From Gemmatimonadota bacterium (GTDB lineage Bacteria; Gemmatimonadota; Gemmatimonadetes; Gemmatimonadales; GWC2-71-9), in NCBI GenBank assembly GCA_003221045.1, contig QHUC01000055.1:1-40196 (forward strand): 40,196 nucleotides of DNA, in the 5' to 3' direction. The notes beneath the pieces are model-generated. The model ran no database searches and was not told where the DNA came from. It saw only the letters and a program-made list of their open reading frames with translations. Positions 30,804 through 38,853 of this stretch are shown piece by piece. The stretch's first letter is position 1; the number at the start of each line of letters is the position of its first letter. Made by a program: the position numbers and the translations under genes.

Positions 30804-32231
30804 TCAGTATCTCGGCAGACTCCGGTCCACGTTCACCGCCCACGCGTCGATCCCGCCGCGCAGACTGCGCACTTTCGGAAAGCCTGCGGCCTTCAAGATC
30901 TCGAGCGCCTTGAGCGAGCGCGCGCCGTGATGACAGTGCGTCACGATCTCGCGGTGCCCGTCCAGTTCGCCGAGGCGGTCCGGGAGCTCACTCAGTGGAA
31001 TAAGCCGCGCACCCTCGATGTGCGCGATCGCGTGCTCGTGCGGATGGCGCACGTCGAACACCAGCAGCTCCGGGTTGAGGTGCCATTCGTCTTTCAGCTG
31101 CTCGGCGCTGATCTCCGCCCCTTCGTACGACGGCTCGGCGCCGATGCCACAGAACGCCTCGTAGTCGATCAGGGCGGTGATGGTAGGATGGCGGCCGCAC
31201 ACCGGGCAGTCGGGATCCTTCTCCAGCCGCAGCTCGCGAAACTGCAGCTTCAGGGCGTCGAACAGCACCAGGCGCCCGATGAGCGGCTCGCCCACGCCGA
31301 GGATCAGCTTGATCGTCTCCATCGCCTGGATCGAGCCGATGATCCCGGGCAGTACGCCGAGGACGCCCCCTTCCGCGCACGAGGGGACCAGTCCCGGCGG
31401 CGGCGGCTCCGAGTACAGGCAGCGGTAGCAGGGTCCCCGTCTCGCGTGGAACACCGATGCCTGACCCTCAAAGCGGAAAATGGACCCGTAGACGTTCGGC
31501 TTGTCGAGGAGCACGCAGGCGTCGTTCACGAGGTAGCGGGTCGGGAAGTTGTCTGTCCCGTCGGCCACGACGTCGAAGTCACGGATGATGTCGAGGGCAT
31601 TCTCGGATGTGAGCCGGGTTTCGAACGGCTCGACGCGCACGTTCGGGTTCAGGTCGTGGATGCGCGCCGCCGCGGACTCGAGCTTGCCCGTGCCGACCGT
31701 GGACGTGCCGTGCAGGATTTGCCGCTGCAGGTTCGTCTTGTCCACCACGTCGAAGTCCACGAGGCCGATGGTGCCGACGCCAGCGGCCGTCAGATAGAGG
31801 GCCGCCGGTGAGCCCAGGCCCCCTGCTCCCACCAGGAGCACCCGGGCCGCCTTCAGCTTCTTCTGGCCCTCGAGACCCACATCCGGCAGGATGAGGTGGC
31901 GCGAATATCGCAGGATTTCCTCGTGCGACAGGTGGGGCAGCACGTCTGCCACGGCCGTTCCTCCGGCAATACTCGGGATGATCGAAACGGTGTCCCCGGC
32001 CTTGACCGGCGTGTCGCGCTGGGCGAGCTGCCGGATGTCGCGGTCGTTGACGTACACGTTGACAAAGCTGCGCAGCCGGCCGTCGTCTGCAAAGAGATGC
32101 GGCCTCAACGGCGCGTGCTCGCCGGTGAGCCGGTCGAGCAACTCCCCCACACTCCCCCCCTCCAGCTGGACCGCATCACGCCCGCCCACGAAGGGACGCA
32201 GCGGTGTGGGAATCAGGATTGTCACTGCCAT
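30804..32231 (-). CDS. moeB: Fusion of a MoaD/ThiS/CysO-like sulfur carrier, a MoeB/ThiF (E1) adenylyltransferase and a rhodanese domain
   Basis: Residues 1-91 are beta-grasp-like and end IIPSIAGG. Then RYSRH, GAGGLG, DGTDNFPTRY, CYRC...SCAEGGVLG, CPVC, and rhodanese loop CHHGARS. Confidence 0.93.
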   Translation of the reverse strand: MAVTILIPTPLRPFVGGRDAVQLEGGSVGELLDRLTGEHAPLRPHLFADDGRLRSFVNVYVNDRDIRQLAQRDTPVKAGDTVSIIPSIAGGTAVADVLPHLSHEEILRYSRHLILPDVGLEGQKKLKAARVLLVGAGGLGSPAALYLTAAGVGTIGLVDFDVVDKTNLQRQILHGTSTVGTGKLESAAARIHDLNPNVRVEPFETRLTSENALDIIRDFDVVADGTDNFPTRYLVNDACVLLDKPNVYGSIFRFEGQASVFHARRGPCYRCLYSEPPPPGLVPSCAEGGVLGVLPGIIGSIQAMETIKLILGVGEPLIGRLVLFDALKLQFRELRLEKDPDCPVCGRHPTITALIDYEAFCGIGAEPSYEGAEISAEQLKDEWHLNPELLVFDVRHPHEHAIAHIEGARLIPLSELPDRLGELDGHREIVTHCHHGARSLKALEILKAAGFPKVRSLRGGIDAWAVNVDRSLPRY

Positions 32232-32665
32232 ACGACCTTCCGCTCCTCGTTGGTGATCGGCTCTTCCTCGAAGCTCCCACGATCGTCCGTGAGAACCCAG
32301 CTCTTCAGCTCGGCGGCGCTGCCCCGTCCCACGCCGACGATGACGTACGACAGCGTGGGCCAGGCGTGCTCACGGTCGAACGCCGATGGCACCGGGGGGT
32401 GATCGGGATGCGAATGATACACGCCGATGACCTCGAGGCCGTCGCGCTCGAGGCGCTCCTGCGCTCGCCGGAACGATTCGGGGTCGATCAAGTAGCGGTT
32501 GCGTGCCGCGTCGGTCCGTCGATTGACCAACGGCACCAGCTGAACCGCCACCTTGTAGTGCTCCTCGACGCTCCCGCCGATCAGGCCACAGGCCTCGGCA
32601 GGGTAGTCCGCCTCGCCGTGCCGGCGGATCGCCGCTACGTGTCGCGGATCGAGAACGAGCGTCAT
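32222..32665 (-). CDS. Mov34/JAMM (M67) metalloprotease, Mec-like
   Basis: YPAEACGL and YHSHPDHPPVPSAFD (E...HxHx7Sx2D). Confidence 0.92.
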   Translation of the reverse strand: MTLVLDPRHVAAIRRHGEADYPAEACGLIGGSVEEHYKVAVQLVPLVNRRTDAARNRYLIDPESFRRAQERLERDGLEVIGVYHSHPDHPPVPSAFDREHAWPTLSYVIVGVGRGSAAELKSWVLTDDRGSFEEEPITNEERKVVWQ

Positions 32666-33678
32666 TCGGATTTCCCCTCCCCCTCCCCCTCCCATTCCCC
32701 CGCGAGCCGACGGGGCTCGCTCAAGTAACGAGTGCCCGAGTCCGGCGCGACGACGACAACGACGGCGTCTGACAATCGGGCGTTCGGGCGGGGGCAGTCG
32801 GACAGAACCCGTTCCGCGGCCACGACTGCCGCCCCTGTGGACCAGCCCACGAGCAGCCCCGCCTCCCGCGCCAAGCGCCGGACCGCGCCTTCCGCCTCTT
32901 CCGTCACCACAAACTCGGTTCTGTCCGGCAGGGCGGGATCGTAGATTCCCGGCACGATCGCCGTTGCCAGGTGCTTCAGCCCCTCGAGCCCGTGGAAGGG
33001 CCCGTCGGGTTGCACGGCGACCAGCTCGATGTCCGCGTTCAATTCCTTCAAACGCCGGCCGGTTCCCATCATCGTGCCCGTCGTACCGAGCCCTGCCACG
33101 AAATGCGTCACGCGGCCGGCGGTCTGGCGCCAGATCTCCTCGGCCGTCGTCACGTAGTGTGACCGCCCGTTCGCCGGATGATTGTATTGATCCGCGTACC
33201 AGAACCGGTCCGGCTCGGCAGCCGCCAGCGCTCGTGCCGCCCGAATCGCTCCATCCGACCCGTCGAGCGGGTCCGTGAAAATCACCTCAGCGCCGTGCGC
33301 TTCGAGGAGTGCCTTCCGCTCGGCGCTGGCGTTGCGCGGCACGCAGACGGTCACCCCGATCCCCGCTGCGGCCCCGAGCATCGCGTACGCAATCGCCGTA
33401 TTGCCGCTGGACGCGTCGAGCAGGCGCTTGCCGGGCAACTCGCCGCGCGCGATCCCGTCCCGGAGTATGAACAGCGCCGGACGATCCTTCACGGAGCCGC
33501 CGGGGTTGAACCACTCGGCCTTGAGAAAGACGGGCGGCAGAGGGCGGCCCAGGGCGGTAGAGGGCGGTAGAGGTATCAGCGGCGTATTGCCCACCAGCGC
33601 CCACAGCGCGGGCTCAACGGGCGCGACCTCTACCGCCCTCTGCCGCCTTCTGCCGCCTTCTGCCGCCGCCGTTTTCAT
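32662..33678 (-). CDS. PLP-dependent cysteine synthase family protein (CysM-like)
   Basis: VGNTPL, KAEWFNPGGSVKDR, ASSGNT, QYNHPAN, GLGTTGT, PDSGTRYLS. ATG 33678 overlaps the sulfurtransferase stop. Confidence 0.92.
   Translation of the reverse strand: MKTAAAEGGRRRQRAVEVAPVEPALWALVGNTPLIPLPPSTALGRPLPPVFLKAEWFNPGGSVKDRPALFILRDGIARGELPGKRLLDASSGNTAIAYAMLGAAAGIGVTVCVPRNASAERKALLEAHGAEVIFTDPLDGSDGAIRAARALAAAEPDRFWYADQYNHPANGRSHYVTTAEEIWRQTAGRVTHFVAGLGTTGTMMGTGRRLKELNADIELVAVQPDGPFHGLEGLKHLATAIVPGIYDPALPDRTEFVVTEEAEGAVRRLAREAGLLVGWSTGAAVVAAERVLSDCPRPNARLSDAVVVVVAPDSGTRYLSEPRRLAGEWEGEGEGKSE
33533..33667. repeat. 42-bp imperfect inverted repeat of tandem 10-mers inside the cysteine synthase CDS
   Basis: Arm 33533-33574 matches the reverse complement of arm 33626-33667 at 37/42 positions. 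Unit is GGCGGYAGAR. Confidence 0.85.
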
Positions 33679-34401
33679 TCCGCTCCCTTCGCAATCGGCG
33701 CTCCCACCAGGTTCCCCCACTCCGTCCACGAGCCGTCGTAGTTGCGCACTTTCTTCACTCCGAGCAGGTACTTCAACGCAAACCACGTGTGGCTCGACCG
33801 CTCCCCGATGCGGCAGTAGGCGATCACTTCGTCTTTCCCGTCGATCACTTTGGCGCCTTTGTACAGCTGCACCAGATCCTCGTACGTCTTGAACGTGCCG
33901 TCCTGGGCGACCGCCTGACTCCATGGGATATTCCTCGCGCCCGGGATGTGTCCCGCCCGCTGCGCCGTCTCCGTCATGCCGGGCGGCGCGATGATCTCCC
34001 CGACGAATTCCGGTTTCGAGCGTACGTCCACGAGGGCCGTCTTCTTGGATTTGAGCGCCTTCTCCACCTCCGGGCGCTTGGCGCGGATCGCCGCGTTCAC
34101 TTTCTTCGGCACGGGGTAGGTTGTCCGCCGGATCGTCGGGCGCTCGGACACGAGCGGCCGGCCTTCCGCGACCCACTTAGCCCGGCCGCCGTTCATCAGC
34201 TTCGCGTTCGTGTGCCCGTACAGTTGCAGCAGCCAGAACGCGAACGCCGCGAACCAGTTGTTGTTGTCGCCGAAGAGCGACGTGACCCGCGTCGTACGCC
34301 GTCGTATCGACGTCGACTTCGATCAGCCGAACGGCGGGATCGTTCACGTGCGCGGCCACCCAATCGGTCGACACGAGCGCCTCGGGATGCGCGTATGGCA
34401 C
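33675..34401 (-). pseudogene. Tandem-domain sulfurtransferase (SseA/CysA rhodanese) with an apparent deletion/frameshift at about 34278
   Basis: GTG start with GGAGG RBS: [13 protein letters not shown]...[15 protein letters not shown]. Then in another frame [14 protein letters not shown]...NGG...GHIPGA...YCRIGERSSHTWF...NYDGSWTEWG. Confidence 0.88.
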
Positions 34402-34420
34402 GGTTGCCTCCAATCCGGTT

Positions 34421-34445
34421 AAACCCGACAGTGCCAGTCGGGTTT
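34421..34445. promoter_or_regulatory. Palindromic operator candidate (Rrf2/IscR type-1-like)
   Basis: AAACCCGAC-AGTGCCA-GTCGGGTTT, perfect 9-bp arms with a 7-nt spacer, between rrf2 and the sulfurtransferase RBS. Confidence 0.65.
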
Positions 34446-34475
34446 CAGTTGAAAAAAACAATCGGGACGGCGGGA

Positions 34476-34928
34476 CTAGTTCCCGGCCAGAACCCCGGCG
34501 ATTTGGTACAGCTCGGGTTCGTCGTGCGTGAGATCGGCGAGCGAGATGCCGGCCAGCAGATCGTTGATCCGGTGCTCGAGCATTCGCCAAACCGGCCGGA
34601 TGCTGCACGACGCGTCCGGACTACATCGCTGGGGATCGACGGGATGGAGATCGCAGTTCACTTCGAAGGTGACGTGCTCGGAGGCCTCGATCACGTCCTT
34701 GACGCTGATCGCCTGAGGCTCGCGGGCGAGGTGATAGCCCCCCTTGGCGCCGCGGACCGATTCCACCAGTCCACCACGCCGCAAGCGGAGGAGAATCTGC
34801 TCGACGTAATCGTGGGGCAACCGCTCTTGTTCGGCGAGCTCGCGCGCCGCAACCGGCCCCTGCCCCGCACGCTTGGCGAGGTGCAGCGACACGATCAACC
34901 CGTACTCGGCCCAGGTGGTGACGCGCAT
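34476..34928 (-). CDS. Rrf2 family transcriptional regulator with three Cys (IscR-like)
   Basis: [29 protein letters not shown] and C-x9-C-x5-C ([18 protein letters not shown]). Confidence 0.93.
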   Translation of the reverse strand: MRVTTWAEYGLIVSLHLAKRAGQGPVAARELAEQERLPHDYVEQILLRLRRGGLVESVRGAKGGYHLAREPQAISVKDVIEASEHVTFEVNCDLHPVDPQRCSPDASCSIRPVWRMLEHRINDLLAGISLADLTHDEPELYQIAGVLAGN

Positions 34929-34934
34929 GGCTGC

Positions 34935-34963
34935 AATATGGGAGGGTAAGTCTCGGGATTCAA
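34935..34963 (-). promoter_or_regulatory. Putative leaderless promoter of rrf2
   Basis: TTGAAT-17 nt-CATATT-6 nt-ATG. Confidence 0.6.
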
Positions 34964-34964
34964 T

Positions 34965-35032
34965 GGGAGCGGGGAGCAGGGAGCGGTACCCTCCTCAGCA
35001 CCAAACGGTACCGCTCCCCGCTCCCCGCTCCC
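34965..35032. repeat. 26-bp inverted repeat made of 7-mer GGGAGCR units (REP-like or terminator hairpin)
   Basis: GGGAGCGGGGAGCAGGGAGCGGTACC, 16-nt loop, GGTACCGCTCCCCGCTCCCCGCTCCC. The one mismatch is a G-U pair on the minus strand. Confidence 0.85.
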
Positions 35033-35037
35033 GTTCG

Positions 35038-36072
35038 CTAACGGGCCCCACCAATCCGGGGGCTGAGCGACGCCCCCACCTGCACACCAAACACGTTTTC
35101 GCCGGAATTGCGCTGCAGCCACAGCAGGCGCCCGTTCAGGTTCCACATCAGATCCCCGCTATAAAAGTCCGCGCCGACGCCTCCCTGCGCCCCCTGCGCG
35201 ATGCCCCTGTCGGGGCCCTGGGAGTACACACCGGCGAGCAGAAACCCGGCCTCGCCGTACACCCGCCCCCACGCGGGCCGCACCGACGCTTCGTAGGCCG
35301 GAGCGAAGAGCACCGCGGTCTCGTCACAACCCGTGGAGGGGCAGCCGCTTGTGATTCGGAGTGGGGCCAGGTCGATCTGGACCGCGACGGTGCCCGCCTT
35401 CTTGGTGTCGCGTCGGAATCGGGCGCCGACGAATGGAGCGCGCCCGTGCAGGGAGCCGGAGATCGGGATGAGGAAGCTCGCGGCTGGACCCACCGTGCCA
35501 TCAAGGAACTCTCCGTTGCGGACGCCGCCGACCGTCACGGACGCGTTCGCCACGGCCTCGAGCGCCTGGATCTGACTCCCCGGGACTTCGAGGAACCGTC
35601 CCGCGACGGTGGCAGCCGCTGCGCGGCCGACATTGACTCGCACTCCCAGTCCGAAGGCCAGCGCGAGCTGGCTCGTGGCCGATGTGTGCGCGGTGCATGA
35701 CAGGACGATCAGGCAGAGCGAGTCGACCTCGGTGACTCGCGCGAGGCCGAGGGCCGTCAGGGCGAACGGCGCCACGAGACTGCGCGTGCCGACCGGGTAA
35801 TAGTACGAGTCGAGCCCATACAGGGTGAGCCGCCGGACACCGTGATCCGTCGAGAGATCGTTGTAGCGGGCGACGCTGAGCCCGATCTCGCTCTCGTCCC
35901 CAGTGATGAGGGCGGCCGTTCCGCCCCAGGACGGGAAGCTGTGGCTCGCGCCGGAAAGATCCTCGAGGCTGATCGACGAGTACGTCGGGCCAATTCGGAA
36001 TCGGTTTTGGGCGTGACCGGTTGAAACGATGACCATCGAGAGGGCCGCCGCGACTGCGAGTATCGCACGCAT
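35038..36072 (-). CDS. Secreted hypothetical protein, probable outer-membrane beta-barrel
   Basis: Signal peptide ending GHA, alternating amphipathic strands, two short Cys pairs (CLIVLSC, CPSTGC), C-terminal strand FGVQVGASL. Confidence 0.6.
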   Translation of the reverse strand: MRAILAVAAALSMVIVSTGHAQNRFRIGPTYSSISLEDLSGASHSFPSWGGTAALITGDESEIGLSVARYNDLSTDHGVRRLTLYGLDSYYYPVGTRSLVAPFALTALGLARVTEVDSLCLIVLSCTAHTSATSQLALAFGLGVRVNVGRAAAATVAGRFLEVPGSQIQALEAVANASVTVGGVRNGEFLDGTVGPAASFLIPISGSLHGRAPFVGARFRRDTKKAGTVAVQIDLAPLRITSGCPSTGCDETAVLFAPAYEASVRPAWGRVYGEAGFLLAGVYSQGPDRGIAQGAQGGVGADFYSGDLMWNLNGRLLWLQRNSGENVFGVQVGASLSPRIGGAR

Positions 36073-36158
36073 GGCGCAACGGATAACGAGCGCGGGGGTC
36101 GGGTTCGGTGACTCGAATCACGGCCCCCGGCCCCCCCCGGCCCCCCGAGTGACGCGAG

Positions 36159-36581
36159 TTACTTCATCAGCAATCCGACCAGGAGCCCCGTCACGTTCAT
36201 CCGCACCAGCCATGACACGGCGGTTGCCTTGAGCAACGGGCGCACCTTGTCGTACCACACGCCGCTCCCGAGCGTCGAGAGGAAAATGGTGGGAAGCCAG
36301 AGGACGGTGGCGAACTCCATGCCGGCAAGCACGCCACCGCTCTTCACCCAGAGCGCACCGCGGAACTGTCCGTAGAACCACGCGAACAGCACGCCGAACA
36401 CCAGCGCCAGGACGGCTGACTTGGGCAGGTTAGCGGCCATCATCTTCTTCCCTTCCTCGGGCGTGGGAGGGAACGTCCCGAACGCCTGCATCTCGGGACC
36501 AGTGAAGACCTTTCCCCACATCACGTAATCAGCGAAAAACGCACCCACGCCCCCGATCAGTCCAGCGACGATCCAGCTCAT
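36159..36581 (-). CDS. Small integral membrane protein (about 4 TM helices), function unknown
   Basis: Four hydrophobic segments and a strong AAGGAGG RBS. Confidence 0.7.
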   Translation of the reverse strand: MSWIVAGLIGGVGAFFADYVMWGKVFTGPEMQAFGTFPPTPEEGKKMMAANLPKSAVLALVFGVLFAWFYGQFRGALWVKSGGVLAGMEFATVLWLPTIFLSTLGSGVWYDKVRPLLKATAVSWLVRMNVTGLLVGLLMK

Positions 36582-36638
36582 GCGGGTTCCTCCTTCTGGA
36601 GTGTTGGACTGCAGACGGCCGTCCTTGCCGCACTCACG

Positions 36639-37921
36639 TCACGTCCGTTGCCCCGGGACTCCCAGCTCGGTCATGGCCAGCAGATCGAGCACTTCTTCCA
36701 GATCCTTGCCCTTGAGCAGGCCTTTCTCGATGACCAATTGCCGCACCGTGACGTTCTTCGCCACGGCCTCCTCCGCGAGCTTCGCCGCCTCCGCGTAGCC
36801 GATCTTCGGGGCGAGCGCCGTCACGAGCGCGGGGCTGCGCTCGAGCCAGTGCTCGCACTGCGCGCGATCGGCCTCGACCCCTTCCACGGCGCGCTCCGAC
36901 AGCACGCGCGAGGCGTTGGCGAGGAGCTGCATCGTGAACAGCAAGTTGTGGGCGATGACCGGCATCATCACGTTGAGCTCGAGCTGGCCCGCCTCGCTGG
37001 CGGTAGCGACGGTGACGTCGTTCCCCAGGGCCTGGTAGCAGACCATGTTCACCATCTCCGCGATCGACGGGTTCACCTTCCCCGGCATCCTGAGAGCGCC
37101 GCCGCGTCGCCCATCGACTGCATCAGCTGAACGCGATCCCTCCCCTCCCGGAGCTCGAGCCCGGTGATCGCCCGGAGATGCTTCACCACGAGTGGCGGGT
37201 ACGCCGGCTCGGCGTTCAGTCCCGTTCCGACCGCCGTGCCGCCAATCCCGAGATCGCGCAGGGCATCCGCGGCGCCGGCCACGCGGTCCCGGTTGCGCTC
37301 GACGGTGTGCCCGTAGGCGGTGAACTCCTGGCCGAGGCGAATCGGCGTGGCGTCCTGCAGGTGTGTGCGCCCGGACTTGAGAATGCGGTCGAATGCTCTA
37401 CCCTTCGCCAGGAAGGCGGCGGCCAGCCGCCCCATGGCGTCGAGGAGCGGGGTCAGCTCGGCGAGCGCGGCCAGCCGGATGGCCGTCGGGATCACGTCGT
37501 TGGTTGACTGGGCCATGTTGACGTGATCGTTCGGGTGCACCGGTGCGTAGGCACCGCGCCGAGCGCCCAGCAGCTCGTTCGCGCGGTTGGCGAGGACCTC
37601 GTTCGCGTTCATGTTATGCGAGGTTCCCGCCCCCGCCTGGTACGGGTCCACGACAAACTGGTCCCGGTGCTGACCCCCCAGCACCTCGTCGGCCGCCCGT
37701 ACGATCGCGTCGGCGAACTTCGGATCGAGACGGCCGGTTTCTTTGTGTGTGAGCGCGGCGGCCTTCTTGATCTGCACGACCGCGTCGACGAATGAGGCGA
37801 GGGGTCGGAGGTGGGAGATGGGAAAGTTGCGGCGGGCCCGTTCGGTTTGAATGCCGTAGAGCGCGTCGGCGGGAACCGGCAGTTCACCCAGGGAGTCACG
37901 CTCGACGCGGGTCGCGCTCAT
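36639..37921 (-). pseudogene. aspA: Aspartate ammonia-lyase/class II fumarase family with an apparent deletion/frameshift at about 37088
   Basis: RVERDSLG, YGIQTERA..NF, QAGAGTSHNMNANE, HPNDHVN.AQSTND, SGRTHLQDATP. Then in another frame MPGKVNP, GQLELNVMMP. The DLR...SGP...PGSSI segment is absent. Confidence 0.82.
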
Positions 37922-37976
37922 CGCCTCCGTCCGTCGTTCGGTCACGGCACCGTCGGTCTCGAACCAGGAATTGCCC

Positions 37977-38309
37977 ATGGATACCCAGGACCTGTTGCAC
38001 CACCTCGCCGATCGCGCGCGCTTCTCGGCCACGAAGCCGATCAAGATCGACTGCTTCCGCTCCACGCGGCTCCTCGTCGGTCTCAACTGCTTCGAGCCGG
38101 GTCAGGAGCAGAAGGTGCACGCCCATCCGGGCGCCGACAAATTCTATTTCGTTGTAAGTGGAAAGGCGAGGTTCGCCGTGGGAGAGGAGCGGTTCGAGGC
38201 ACGCCCCGGAGACCTCATCCTGGCCCCCGAGGGAGTTCCGCACGGCGTGGAGCGCGCGCACGAGCGAACGACGGTGCTCGTCGGGATCGCGCCGGCGCCG
38301 GCCGCGTAG
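37977..38309 (+). CDS. Cupin domain protein
   Basis: FEPGQEQKVHAHPGADKFYFVVSG and PGDLILAPEGVPHGV (cupin motifs 1 and 2). Confidence 0.85.
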   Translation: MDTQDLLHHLADRARFSATKPIKIDCFRSTRLLVGLNCFEPGQEQKVHAHPGADKFYFVVSGKARFAVGEERFEARPGDLILAPEGVPHGVERAHERTTVLVGIAPAPAA

Positions 38310-38310
38310 A

Positions 38311-38853
38311 TCACTTCGTCGGCTCGACCCGCAGGCTGTCGTTGAAACGATTGAAATATTCGGTCATCCCGATGACCAGCGTGATCTCGACGATCTGCCC
38401 CTCGTCCCACGCCGCCCGGAGGCGTCCGTAGAGCTCGTCGGTGACGTCGTGACCCCCCCGATGGATCACGTCGGCGTACTCCAGCGCCGTCTGCCACCCT
38501 TGCTCGAGCGCATCGATGGCTCGCTGCCCGCCACGATCCTGGATCGCCCCGAGCAATTCGGCGCTGGCACCCTTCTGTCCCGCCAGGACAGTGTGGGAGT
38601 TCAGTCAGTAACGGCAACGATTCAAGTGCGAGATGCGCACCCACAGGAGCTCTTTGAGGAGCGGCGGAACCGTTCCCTCATTCATCACGGTGCGGAAGTG
38701 CGCGATGAGGGTCCGCAGGTGCGCCGGGCGGAGGGCCACGGTGCGGAACATGTTCGGGATGTTCCCGCGCTCCTGCAAATAGGTGTCGAAGATGGGCCGC
38801 ACCTCGGGCGCGGCCTGCTCCGGCGTGAGTGGCGCAATGCGTGGAGCCGTCAT
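38311..38853 (-). CDS. AhpD/CMD-family peroxidase-like protein, probable selenoprotein (in-frame TGA at 38605-38607, 180 aa with read-through)
   Basis: ORFs 38605..38853 and 38311..38556 are in the same frame. Read-through gives KELLWVRISHLNRCRY-U-LNSH...ALEYAD...WDEGQIVEITLVIGMTEYFNRFNDSL. Confidence 0.85.
38575..38591 (-). promoter_or_regulatory. Candidate bacterial SECIS element
   Basis: mRNA hairpin CUGUCC-UGGCG-GGACAG starting 13 nt after the UGA, with a G-rich apical loop. Confidence 0.55.

Noticed and set aside
32662-34176. 504-aa extended cysteine synthase, and similar 5' extensions of bamD, pyrD, pyrF and aspA ORFs
   Set aside because: The extensions overlap neighbouring real genes. 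Better starts with RBS or stop/start overlap exist downstream.
33533-35032. CRISPR array or IS terminal repeats
   Set aside because: The repeats are short tandem units in inverted arms, with no unique spacers, cas genes or transposase.
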